Assembly: GCA_021432655.1 (NCBI GenBank)
Contig: MU271423.1
Span: 1 to 64,000 of the forward strand
Origin: Atractiella rhizophila
Taxonomy: Eukaryota
DNA length: 64,000 nt
Direction of reading: 5' to 3'
Shown: one piece after another, positions 1 to 11,212 of the stretch
How the letters are laid out: the number at the start of each line of letters is the position of its first letter
Position numbering within the stretch: the first letter of the stretch is position 1
Translations under genes and position numbers: made by a program
The notes under the pieces: model-generated
The model's input: only the letters and a program-made list of their open reading frames with translations
What the model was told of the DNA's origin: nothing
The model's database searches: none

Positions 1-866
1 TGTCGACTTTGAATCGCAGAAGCGGAAAGAGAATAATCGGGAGATTGACCAAGAGCAAGACCAGGAGTTAGGTTTGTGTTCTTTCCCTGTCACAATTTCC
101 CTTTGTTTTAAACGATGTGCAGGAATCGACGGTCGGTGTGCTGTGATGTAGAGGATCTACGTCTGGACGCCAATATAACATAGACTCCAAGACACGACTA
201 CCAGTGGCGCAGTATTGGTTTCTGTTTCTTTTGGATTGTTGGATAGAGAAGAGCACATGGACGAGATAACACGACATTCAGGACGAGTCGGAATCGAGCT
301 AAGAGAGGTCTTGAGGATGTTAAACAAAGAAATTGTGCGTTCACTGCTGATACTTTATTCCATTGAGACTGATAGAAAACAGCAACAAGAGGGATGATTC
401 GGGTTATGGCAGCAAAGTCGTCCCTTCGTCTGACTCTCCCGGACCTCATACACATCTTTCGAAGACTTTCGATTTTTGGCTATCCTCTCAGAAACATGTT
501 CAAATAATCTTTACTTTTCCTTTAGATTGGGTAGCTCCTTATTTTTATTTCCTTAATTTTACTTGGAGTGCAAGTGAATTTGTTTTGCAACGAGACAACG
601 TTTCGTTCTGGAGTAATCGCGACCGTTATTGTAACTTTCTATTAATGGTTCAGACTGCTTATAGGTCCACTTCCCAAGCTCCTCGAATTGTATGTATGAA
701 ACCCTTTCCTATGTGTGATCGCAAACGGGTATATAATGCGAATAACAATTGTTATATCTTGGGATGACAGGACCATCGTTGTTGTTACATGGGGATTCTT
801 TTCGTTTCCTCCACCGATATCCAAGTTTCTTAGCTGCTCCTTCATATCACACCGGCTCTACAACCT

Positions 867-2497
867 TTACCCCTCAAGTATACGCAGGACCTCGTTCGCA
901 GTTCCCTGTGGCGAGTTGTCAGAGGAGATATGTGGGAGACCCCAACTTACCCAACTAGCCTGATACCCAAACCCGCCATGTCCATACGCATGAATCAACC
1001 TAACAGACACTCCATCCGGCGCTTCTAAACATCAAGCAAAGAAAGCAGGAATGAGCAAAATAAAACATGATATCGAGGGCAGCAAGCAGAGGTGAAAAGC
1101 GCACTGAGACCGTTGGAATCCTCTTCTATCCTCACCCCGCCATGTCTAGAAGGCCGAAGTCCACATCCGGCCTCAATAACGTCAAGATCGTCAATCGTCC
1201 CTCCTTCCCTCTTGTCTTCAGGTAGGAGATCGGGCATCAAGAGGAGACAACGCTCTTTGATTCCTTTTGTGATGTCCTCTTTCGGTTCTGCCGCCCTTCA
1301 TCGTGGACATGCGCATGTTAGAATAACTCAGCGTAAAGAAAGAAAGCGACACACCAGTCCCCGTCGTGTCTCGTTCCTCCTAGTATCACATCTCCACAAC
1401 GCCGGGGAATGACGTAGGTGACCTCTCCATCTCTCAACACCGTCTTCGAATCCTTGATCCATGGCGCTCTCACGAGGACAGTCTGTCCTCTCGTCGGGTA
1501 CACCTGTTCCCTCACATCAGCGTCAGCATGAGCATGTAGAACACAGAGTCAAGACGGATGCTGAAGACGGCGCACAGCTGAGTCCCAAGCGGCGTTCCCG
1601 ATCCCTGCGCAGTTGATCACGACTGATGGGGTGTTGGGTGCTCTGAAGATATCGAGGAGGGCTTCGAGGGAGCTGAGTTTGGGAGAGGGAACTGTGTTGC
1701 CTCCGAGCAGGATGAATTCTTGTTGTAAATAGCGCAGGTAGTTTGGGGAATCAATGCTAAAGAAATGCGAGTCAGCATTAATATTAGCATTTTGTGATGT
1801 GTAGAAGCGAGGAGACGAACGTTATAGTCTTGAATGTGCATCCAGAGATGGTCCGTGGAAGCAATTCGTCCTCTTTAAGGAGTCTAAACTGCACGCACAC
1901 CACAACACACACAACATAAAAATTACGCTGAATCATCAAAACATGAATCAGCTTACTTCTGGCATGATCTTTTGGAGGAAGAAGGTATCGAGACCAGGCC
2001 GGGGCTCTTCGTCGTAAAAGTCAGTCTGAGTGGTGATCATGAGCGGCACGTCGGGGTCGTCCTGCAACATCTTCCAAAAGACTGCGAACGTCTCTGTGTC
2101 CAGCTCTGCATTCTCGTTCAGTTCAGCGTTCACTTTGCGTTTTGTTAGGGGAAACGCACTCTGATGCCTTTCATCGGGCGCAGTGCTGCCAGTGATCGGG
2201 CATCAATAGTTGAAATTGATCTGAAAGAAAGATAGTGAGAGGCGCACGAAACATGGTGTGCTCCCTAACACAGCATGAGCACATTGAGACCGACTCAGTG
2301 GAAGAGGAAGAGGAAGAGCCTACAGCCCAGCATGAAGTGTACTCGATCGATTTCTGGTCGGTTGGCCACTTGTGAGCGACGACGGTGACAGAGTAGTCGG
2401 GATGCTTTCTCAGTATGGAAAGGGCAGTCGTGAGACCGATCACTCCAGCGCCGAGGACGCAGATATGCACGCTGGCACCTCCTCCTGAGACGTTCAT
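867..2497 (-). CDS. DAO1: D-amino-acid oxidase (FAD-dependent), multi-exon
   Basis: N-terminal FAD-binding motif [14 protein letters not shown], then [38 protein letters not shown] and C-terminal [17 protein letters not shown], joined through GT-AG introns. In-frame TAA at 869-867. Confidence 0.93.
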
Positions 2498-2651
2498 TCT
2501 TGCTGTTGCGAATATCTCTAGTTCGACAACACTACCGAAACCATAACTACGCGCTACCACGTCCTCGCTGACGTAAGCAGGCTTAACATTGTGTCGTGCT
2601 CCTTCTTGACAATATTTCGTAATATTTCACTCACACGCGACGCGACGCGCC

Positions 2652-4381
2652 ATGACCTTCTCTCCTCCCTCGTCGCGTCTGTCACTCCCCGTGGCACTCC
2701 TGCGGACACTCATCTCGCCCTCCCCACGCGCTCCTTTCCACGCTCACTCGCGCCGACACGGCACCACGCTAACCGTTCGCACGCCACGGGGCAGGATGAA
2801 AGTCGACCTGGTGCCTGTTCTCCTCTATTCATCACACTGTTGTCCCTATTCCTGCTGCTAGTTGTCATGCTCTGTGCTACTGCTCTAGATGGAGGGCAAG
2901 CAGGTTCAGACGGGATGCCATGCTGATGCAGAGAACAGATGAACCCTGCCATCTTCGGAGTGCAGCAGACACGGGGCGAGCGAGCGTATCAGGAGGATCG
3001 GTGGGCTGTCCACGCGCTTCGACTCCCGTCTCGAACATCCCCATCCTCGCCTTCAACCTCGCCCTCAACATCGACATCGACTGAGACCGAGTCCGCGGAG
3101 AATGAGGAAGAGGGAGAAGAAGAAGCCTTCTACGGAATCTACGATGGTCACGGTTCCTCCCTCGTCTCCTCATACCTCCATGAGAACCTACACGACCTCA
3201 TTCTATCCTCCACACCCGCGCACGCTCAAGAGGTGCAAAATGCATATACCGCGCTCGGAGGGTACATGAAACGGTGGTCCATCTCTCTCGCCGAAGAAGG
3301 AAGAGGAGGGAAGGGTCTGACGCTCGAGGACCGGATGCGATTAGCCTTCTTGCGCGTGCGTCCCCTTCTCCACTATCCCCTACTTTATTGCCAACGCGAT
3401 GCTAAGAATAACGCGAGCTAGGCCGACGCCCACTTCATCGCTAACCCCCCAGACCCGCCAGCCGGGAGTGTGGGCACAGTGGTGCTCCTCACCCCTCCCT
3501 CTTACTCTCCTTTGGTTTCGACGAAGGAGGGAGAGCCGAAGCGGAGAATCACATTCGCTCATTTGGGAGATACCACCCTATTACTCTGTCGTACACGTCT
3601 CGGATTGGCTTCGCGCCTAACTTCCAAGTACTTCCTAATCTCTTATCTCCACTGTTTATTTATTGATTAGTTGATGAAGACACCACCCGCTCTCACGCTC
3701 AGAACAGTCTCGCTTGCAGAAGGTTGGGACGTTCAATGTGGACTCTTTCGGTGAGGCAAGGTGGGTAGGAGGGGTGGAGAACACGCGTGCGGTTGGGGAT
3801 GTCGGGTTGAAGAAGGCCGGAGTCATCGGTTCGTCTCTCTCTCTTTCCTCCTCCATGCCATGCCCACCGCACCTTCGTCATCCTCACCAACCTGTGGGTT
3901 GACACAGGCGATCCCGATACCGGCACTCTCTCTTTCAACGGTACGTCTTATCATCCCTCTCCCTTTCATCCATTCACCACCCAAACTCATTCATCAACCT
4001 GAAACAACCAGACTCCGAATACTCCTTCCTCGCACTAACAACCGACGGCCTCGGCTCCCTCCTCACTGACCAAGAGATCGTCGACCTCATCCGCTTCTCC
4101 CCCACGCCGAAGGACGGCGCAAAGCGGGTGGTAGAGTTTGCAGAGCAGGCCGGAGGGAGGGATAATGCCTCTTGTTTGGTTGTTGCTCTGGGAGGCTGGG
4201 GGAGGGGTGGCGGGGAGGATGGGACGAAGAGTCGGTGGGTCTTCTCCTTCTCCTTCTTCCTTCTCGTGCTTGCTTTTCCTCTTCTTTTCGGAGGTTTGGA
4301 GGTTGATCACTGACACTTGCTGTTAGGAGGGAGTATAGGTTGAAGATGGCTGAGGGTAGTGGGAGGCAGAGGAGGATGTAA
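2652..4381 (+). CDS. PP2C-family protein phosphatase, probably mitochondrial (Ptc6/PPM1K-like)
   Basis: Motifs RGERAYQEDR, YGIYDGHG, FAHLGDT, NTRAVGD, TTDGL and GGRDNA. Exon 1 (2652-2810) is Arg/Ser-rich and nearly acid-free, like a transit peptide. Confidence 0.88.
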
Positions 4382-4656
4382 TTCCTTATACCTTCATTGA
4401 GAGGTTGAGAATAGCGTCATCAGAATGCCGCACCGACACGCCGCGAGACGGCGGTAGAAAAAATGGAACGGGATACCACCATATGATATCATGGAGGAGA
4501 GAGAGGCACGGACGTTTGTCTCGGGTTGGGATTGGAGTGATGTACAGATTTTCATTTTCGAGCATTCAATGTACAATTCGCACGCATTCTTTGTGCCTTC
4601 TCAACTCTCTGATCTATTGAAACAGTGATGGGCGAGAAGGATGAAAGGTCGAGAAC

Positions 4657-7433
4657 TTAAGTCCAATCGGCATCGTCACCTCTTCCCCATCCTCCCAATC
4701 CCTCCTCCTCAAACGCCTCCGTCGTCGTACCCCTCGAATTGAGCGCTTGCAACAACTATCCCATACACCGTGTACGGTCATCATCCCGCTCCGCGAATCG
4801 AATGGAGAAGAAGGATGGGGGCAGAGGAAGAACTCACCTTCTGGATGAACGGTTCCCCAGACACCTTCTCCCTCTCCCTCTCCCTCAACCTGGTCTCCAA
4901 CTCGATCTGGCCCGCCACCTTGCGCTCCAAAACATCCTTTAGAGCCGTACCTTCCCCTTCTCCTCCGTATCCAGAATCTGAATCGTCGTCTTGGAACACG
5001 ATCCACGTCTTTCCGTCCGATTCTTCAATCGTCGCGGGGAGCGTGTTATCCTCGATCTATTCGCCCATTGCTTCCATAAACTATACGAAGGAAGAGGGGC
5101 AAAAGAAGACGTACCATCTGGCGCACCTCCTTCTCTGCAGCCTCGCTTCCTCCTAAAACGGCAGCCACTTCTTTCAACTCCAACGTCGAATACGTTCCCG
5201 CCAGCTGCTTCACCTTCCTAACCCTAAGCTCCCTATTGGCGATACCGAGGATGCCCAACAAGTTCTCCCTCTCCAATACCTCCACGTCTTTGCTCCCCAT
5301 CCAATCTGGGACTCCCTTCGCCATCCGATCGCAACATTCGCTCACCGTCCTGCACACCTTGTCCCTGCTCAACGCGCTCACTACTGGGCCGCCCACGCTC
5401 CTCGGTAGTTCCGTGATCACGAGCGGAGAACCGCGAGCGATGAGGGAGACGGGGAGCAGGTACTTGTATGCGTTGATCTGAACAACTGATGCAGCCGGTT
5501 GCGGAGGAGGGGGTTGATTGGCAGCTTGGATGATAGGGGCCGATGGTGCGGTGGGATGAGTGATGACCTATGCACTCGTTTCAGGAATGTGCGAATTGAA
5601 AAGTCAAGAGAGGACGTACACTTTCAAGTAACGCCAAGCTGTCATTCCACCTTTTCAAGACGGCGGCAATCACTCCGGCGTGGAAATGGAAGGTCAAGGA
5701 ATGCAAGTACGTGATTGATGGAGTGAGGGAGAGCGAAATGTTGGTCGGGGCATGCTGAGGAGGAAGAAGAGAGAGGAAGGGCGTGTAACATCGACTTTGG
5801 AGGGACATTCGAGCAGCGAGCGCGTGGAAAGGGGTTAGATAGGTTGGGCTCGGTGGATAGCGCAGCGCGAGCGTGACGACGAGGGGAAGTAGGATACTGG
5901 CTGGTGTGCGTAGTTTTTCGTACATGTGGTCAAAGATGTCGCATAGAGTATCGGCTGAGAAGAAATATCAGTAAATTGCTTTCGAGTCTCGCGACATATT
6001 CTTAAATCATTCAACTCTTCCACTGAGTAGTAACCCTTAGAAATAGTCAACCTGAACATGAGGCATCAATAGACGCAGGGATGGATATGCTTTCGTTCAG
6101 ATTACAGGCATGTCGTGGAATTGTGAACAGCAACCTATCCACCGTTATTTCCCGAGTTCAAAAGAACTCAAGACACAGGAAAGTCCGAAACATGTAGCAC
6201 AGAGAAACTAGCGTCACCCAATTTTGATCCATCCCAAGTCCACGCTGAGGAAAAGCAGGTATTTGCTTACGACTTCTGATGAGAAGGGAAGGTAGCAGCC
6301 CGTTTAAACACTGGTCACTCTACAGTGCAAAGAAGGGGTACTGTGAACAATGATGCCTAGACGAGTAACAATCGTCCCATAATTGTCTTTGGCGTTCAGG
6401 AACAGATGTTTGGCACTCTGTCGGCAGAATAAAGGGACAGAAACAACAAGCAATCAAGCATCGATGCGCTCGCTAGCGGTGGAACTAAGTGTGGAAGTAC
6501 AAGAATCAGGTAAAGGAACGTTCTTGCATTCGGATCTGTGACGGGTAAGCATGCAGCAGCACCAGATGATAAAGCATTTTCCTAGTCATGCATGCTGAAA
6601 CGTACTCCAGAAATCCGCCCCTAACATCAGGATCTTTCATCTATCTTCCATGAGAACGAAAGTTCTACGCCATATCTCAAAATAATGAAAGGGAAGGGAA
6701 TGCAGTATGTGGACGACATCTTATGTCGTGGTGGATGATTTTGCGCATCAGAGTGCTTTCGGACAGTGTGTGTGTGGAAGATGTCACATCCACAGAATCA
6801 TATGTTGCAAATCAGCTTCATGCTGCGACACCAGCCTCACTATCAACGCTGTTTAGTGTGAGCAAATGCCAATCCATCTGATCCATTTAACAATAAAGAG
6901 AGTAACATTCCTTTCTTTGAGGAGAATTGAAAAATGAGGATCATTGTTCTCTCCCCCTTCTATCAAGTCCAAGTCATAACGCGTCCGTGCATCAGTTCTG
7001 ACACGATTTTAACGCGTCAACGATCCTTCCCGCTCTTTTGAGACATATACACGAAACATACACATTCCCCACAATCATATCAATGTACCAACCACACGCT
7101 CTCACCGTACCCCCACCGCCACAACATCAAAAAAAGAAACACACCCTGGCCCTCATCGCAAAACCTAAGCTCATCGCTTCCCGTCTCCAAACCCCTCGTC
7201 CAAGCCGCACACATCTCGATCCACTTATTCCAATCGACTCCTGCTGTAGTCCTCGCCTTCGCGATCAGTATGCGGATCCAGACGGCGGACGCCCATCCCG
7301 ATGGCTGGTTGGTGGACGTGAACGCATCCCCGTCTTGGACGTACGCGGCTTCGGGGATTCGTTGGAGCGCTAGTTGGTACTCTTTGCTGGAGCGTGGCGT
7401 AGGGAGGAAGGAGGCGAGTGATGATAGTGACAT
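4657..7433 (-). CDS. CSN3: COP9 signalosome subunit 3 (PCI domain)
   Basis: YPPSPTYLTPFHALAARMSL, HFHAGVI, QINAYK and a PCI-like C-terminus (VKQLAGTYSTLELKEVA...IEDNTLPATI). Exon 1 (7433-7145) joins in frame across a 1190-nt intron (7144-5955). Confidence 0.78.
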
Positions 7434-7574
7434 GGTGTCGTTGATGTCGTTATCTGCTGCTGGACGGACGGGAAGATGAGCAGGACGGGTAGTGACGCTT
7501 AGTGAGCAGTGAACTAGAGGCGACTACTGGAAGACTGCTCGATACCGTGTACTGCACTGTGATAGAGATCAGAC

Positions 7575-9214
7575 ATGCAATATCACGCTTGTGCACGACC
7601 AGAGCCTGGGAAGACATTGTTCTTCGTTTGTGACATCGTGAGCTCCTTTCTTGTTATTCCGTCATTTCGTCATTTCAGTCCATCGTATGCTTCCTTTGCT
7701 ACATTGTGTGGATTCAGATATTCTGTAGCAGATAGATTGCGAAGGAGAGGAACTGTTTCCCTTCTCGCAACTAGCGTGATCGATACATGATCGATGGATC
7801 GTCGTGAAGATGCAAACGATAAAAGATAAAGTGAACTCCGCTTATTGAAAAGGCAATTTACTCTAAATCTCAAACTGTATGCGCAAAACCCTTTCTGCGA
7901 AGCATTCCGCTGAAGACGGACCGTGAATTCTTGCCACAGGAGGGAATTGAGCTCTCTGCATGGATTGCAGGTCCAGTATTCCTAGTTTTATAAAATCTCT
8001 GCACTTAAATGGTGTGGTAATTTCACTGCTTCATCTTGTAGACAGCCTTCGCGGCACGCAACAACATGGACAGTCGCTGGATTATATATATTGAGAGCGT
8101 GGCTCAACATCTCTACTCTACTGTGGCATCTATGCTTCAAAAGCGCAGAATTACTTGCTTTCTGGCCAGGTAAAATGCTACCGTTTGGGCTCAAAACAAT
8201 CAACTTTTCTCATCCTCATAGTTCTTTCCCTTTTTCTTGAACTTTACTCATGCTTATATTCTCTGAACAGCAAGAGCGATTCCGACCAGCTATCCATGGC
8301 TTCCAACAGATCGTAAATACAGCCAACAAACTCGTCCGTCTCACATCTTCAACTTCTCGTCCTCAATCTGTCGGTCGCTTTGACCATAGGTCAAGTTCGC
8401 GCACCTCCTCGACATCCCTCTCATCGTAACCGAACAAGCACCAAAATGCGCGTCCCTTCCGTCCATTAAATTAGTGTTGACTCCCTTTTCCAATCTCTTC
8501 AACCTGTAGCACTGGGAACGACGGTTGCTGAGATTGGAATTCCAGAAGAAGTGAGGAGGTACGACAAGACGAAATTCTCGATGCTTCTCGATCCAATCAA
8601 AGAGAGGATCGCTCAGCACCTAGGAGGGGAGGGAGGAAGCGTGGTGATCTTCGGACTGGAGGCACGTCTCTTCTCCCTTCCCTCTTCTCTCCACTGGCCC
8701 ACCTGACGAGGACTGATGGACGCCGGATCAAAGGCCCACGTTTGCGTCCTCCAGACCGTCTTCGACCTCTTGACCTTCTACCAAGGCAAGATCCATGTGC
8801 ACGTCGTCGTCGACGGAGTGAGCAGTTGCAATAAGGAAGAAGTACCGATCGCACTCGACGTACGTCTCTCACCCCATCACAAAAGCCAAAGCAAGCCAAG
8901 TCAGATGGCTGATTCTCGTCCCACCATCATGTATATTATTATATAGCGCATTCGACAGGCAGGAGCGTTCGTCACCTCGTCCGAATCGCTCATGTTTCAA
9001 CTCATGGGTTCGTCCTCCCCTCCCTTTATTCGCTACTCGGACTCTAGGACTCGACGCTGAATGCCATGCGACAGGGGATGCGTCCGATCCAAAGTTCAAG
9101 GCGTTCTCGGGACTGGTGAAAGAGAAGAAAGGGGAGACGAAGGACGCGCTTCAGGTTCTTCTATCTCCCGCTACAGTGGCAGGGAATGATGGGAGTGGGA
9201 GCGCGAAAATGTGA
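7575..9214 (+). CDS. Isochorismatase-family hydrolase (ISOC1/2-like), C-terminal PTS1-like AKM
   Basis: Spliced product FFVCDIQERFRPAI...VTEQAPKSLGTTV...KTKFSM...FGLEAHVCVLQT...DGVSS...SESLMFQL...SAKM*. Start codon is provisional. Confidence 0.88.
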
Positions 9215-9691
9215 AGTCATGATCGGACCAAATCAGGCAGTTTTTTTGGGGGACACGTGTAATGGGAGAAGATGCTTGTATCATCATCATATCAGAGATG
9301 TAATCACTATATGGTATGCACAGAATATGAAGAGACGAGTAAAGGAGCTAATATGATGTAGCCAAAGAGCCAAAGACCAAGAACAGGACAGCATACTAAA
9401 AGGGAGAAAATCGAAGCGAGCTGATGGTACATAGAACAATTAATGTTCTCCATAAGCAAAGCACATGAATCAAGGCGTATGCAATAAATGATGGGTGGAG
9501 GTGGCACATAACAATGAATGAATGAATGAAAACGGGACCTTCAGCCAATGAATGACGGCACACATGCAAGACAATCCAATTCACCAAACCATGAAAAAAG
9601 TGTGCTCAGAAGGGACCACAAGTCAACAACATACCGACACCGACAAGGTAATGAATCGAATCGACCGAGTACAGAACACGAAAAAACGAAA

Positions 9692-11212
9692 CTACACTTC
9701 ATCCATCCATCCATCCGAATCATAGTACACTTCTCCTCCTCTCGACTTTCAACGTCTCCAGCACCGTTTCCGCGATTTCTTTCCTGAGCAACGCAGGTAC
9801 CTTCCAGGAAGGCGCCTCTGAACCGTCTTCCGGTGTGCATTCTTCCTCATCGCTTTCGTCAAGGATGGAGAGTTCGCATTCCGCATAACCAAGGACAGAT
9901 TTGAGGACTTTACAACCACGGCATGGGGCGTCACTCCGGCCAATGTATTGAGGGGTCTATTGAAGGCTCCATCAGTGTTATTCTTCAGGAGAAACAAGAG
10001 GGACATACGGAGTAGCATTCGAATTTTTCAGCGCTTCCACGATCGTAAAGCGCCATCAGTTGGGCTTCTGGACAAGCCTTACAGCCTTTGAGGAGGAGGA
10101 CTCTCGCCTTCGAAAGCGAGGAGAAGAAGTCCGGATCCTTTTGCCATCCGCATTGCAGGAAGGACATGGCACGAGGAACGACGGTGAGACGGAGGAAGGT
10201 CTCTTCCAAGTCGAATTTCATCGACTGAAATTCCTGCGGAAGCTTGGTGCGGACGATTTGGAAGAGTTGTTTCCACATCCGCCTGACGCAGTCGTCGTCC
10301 ATCAACTTGAACACTTCGAGGACCGCCTCCGCTTGTTCTTCCTCAAACATCGAAGATGAAGTAGACAGCAGCCGTTCGATGGGGTCGAGGAGGACGCAAA
10401 GCCATTGACGCATGTTGCATCGCTCGAAGCCACGGACGATGTTGTATTTTGCGAAGTAGGGACTGAGGGCGGTGGGGATGAGGAAGCGCCTCCTCTCCCG
10501 GACGTCGCCGAGGTACGGATTGGTGTCGTGTGCGAAGGCTTGGAGGTGAGAGAGGAGGGTTCGACCGTTTGAGTCTTCGGATTGGAAGTCTAGCAGCGCT
10601 CGCTCGAGTCGACGGGGTGTACGTAAGATTTGTGACTTTGCGAGGTCTGAGAAGGAGTCTGGTTCTTCCGACAGCAGCTGCAAGGATCGAAAGGTATGCC
10701 GTGCATGTGGGGGAAACGGCTTGTCGTCCTCGTCCCTTTCACACGACACACTTCAACCTCTGCCACCAAGGGAGAAGCAACAAAGAAACCTACACAGAAT
10801 AAGCTACGGTGATCCTGAGCTCGTTACCTCCCATCCAGGAGGTACAAGCGACCTTTTCCTCCTCCTTCCTGCTGAGCAGCGTGGCCAAGAGGTCGAGCGC
10901 CTTCTCGTGGAAGGAGTGGTGGGTGTGGAACTGGTGTGTCTCGTGCCTTTGCCTCGAGCGGTGGGGTGATGGTTGGACGCGCAGGGCAGCGTTGGCGGGC
11001 GATGGAGGGGGAGATGGGGACAGGGGAGGTGATGGGAGATGGAGTCTTGGGGGCGATGGTGGGAGCAGCTTGCCCTCCATCGACGTCATGGCAGACGATG
11101 GAGGGGATGGTGGCGGGGTGAGCATCATTGTGCTTTCTTGTTGTGAGTCGATGTGAGGGTGATGTTGGGGTCTGAGCAGAAGACGAAGGCTTTTAAGGGA
11201 CATGGATGACAT
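9692..11212 (-). CDS. Hypothetical protein with Pro-rich N-terminal region and two CxxC pairs
   Basis: ORFs 10790-11251 and 9985-10749 plus a last exon ending ...DGWMDEV* join through plausible GT-AG introns. No family recognised. Confidence 0.6.

Noticed and set aside
1..830. Possible 3' end of a plus-strand gene at the window edge
   Set aside because: Splice-like signals are present, but I could not build a consistent reading frame or recognise a family.
4367..4381. PP2C C-terminus QRRM as a dual-targeting PTS1
   Set aside because: Arg at the -3 position does not fit PTS1.
6732..6885. C/D snoRNA-like TGGATGATT...CTGATCCA on the plus strand
   Set aside because: Antisense to the host intron, imperfect box C and no recognisable rRNA guide.
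9985..10100. RING/IBR domain suggested by ...CYSVCPSCFS in the ORF track
   Set aside because: VCPSCFS is translated intron sequence (GTATGT donor); the remaining Cys spacing does not match RING/IBR.
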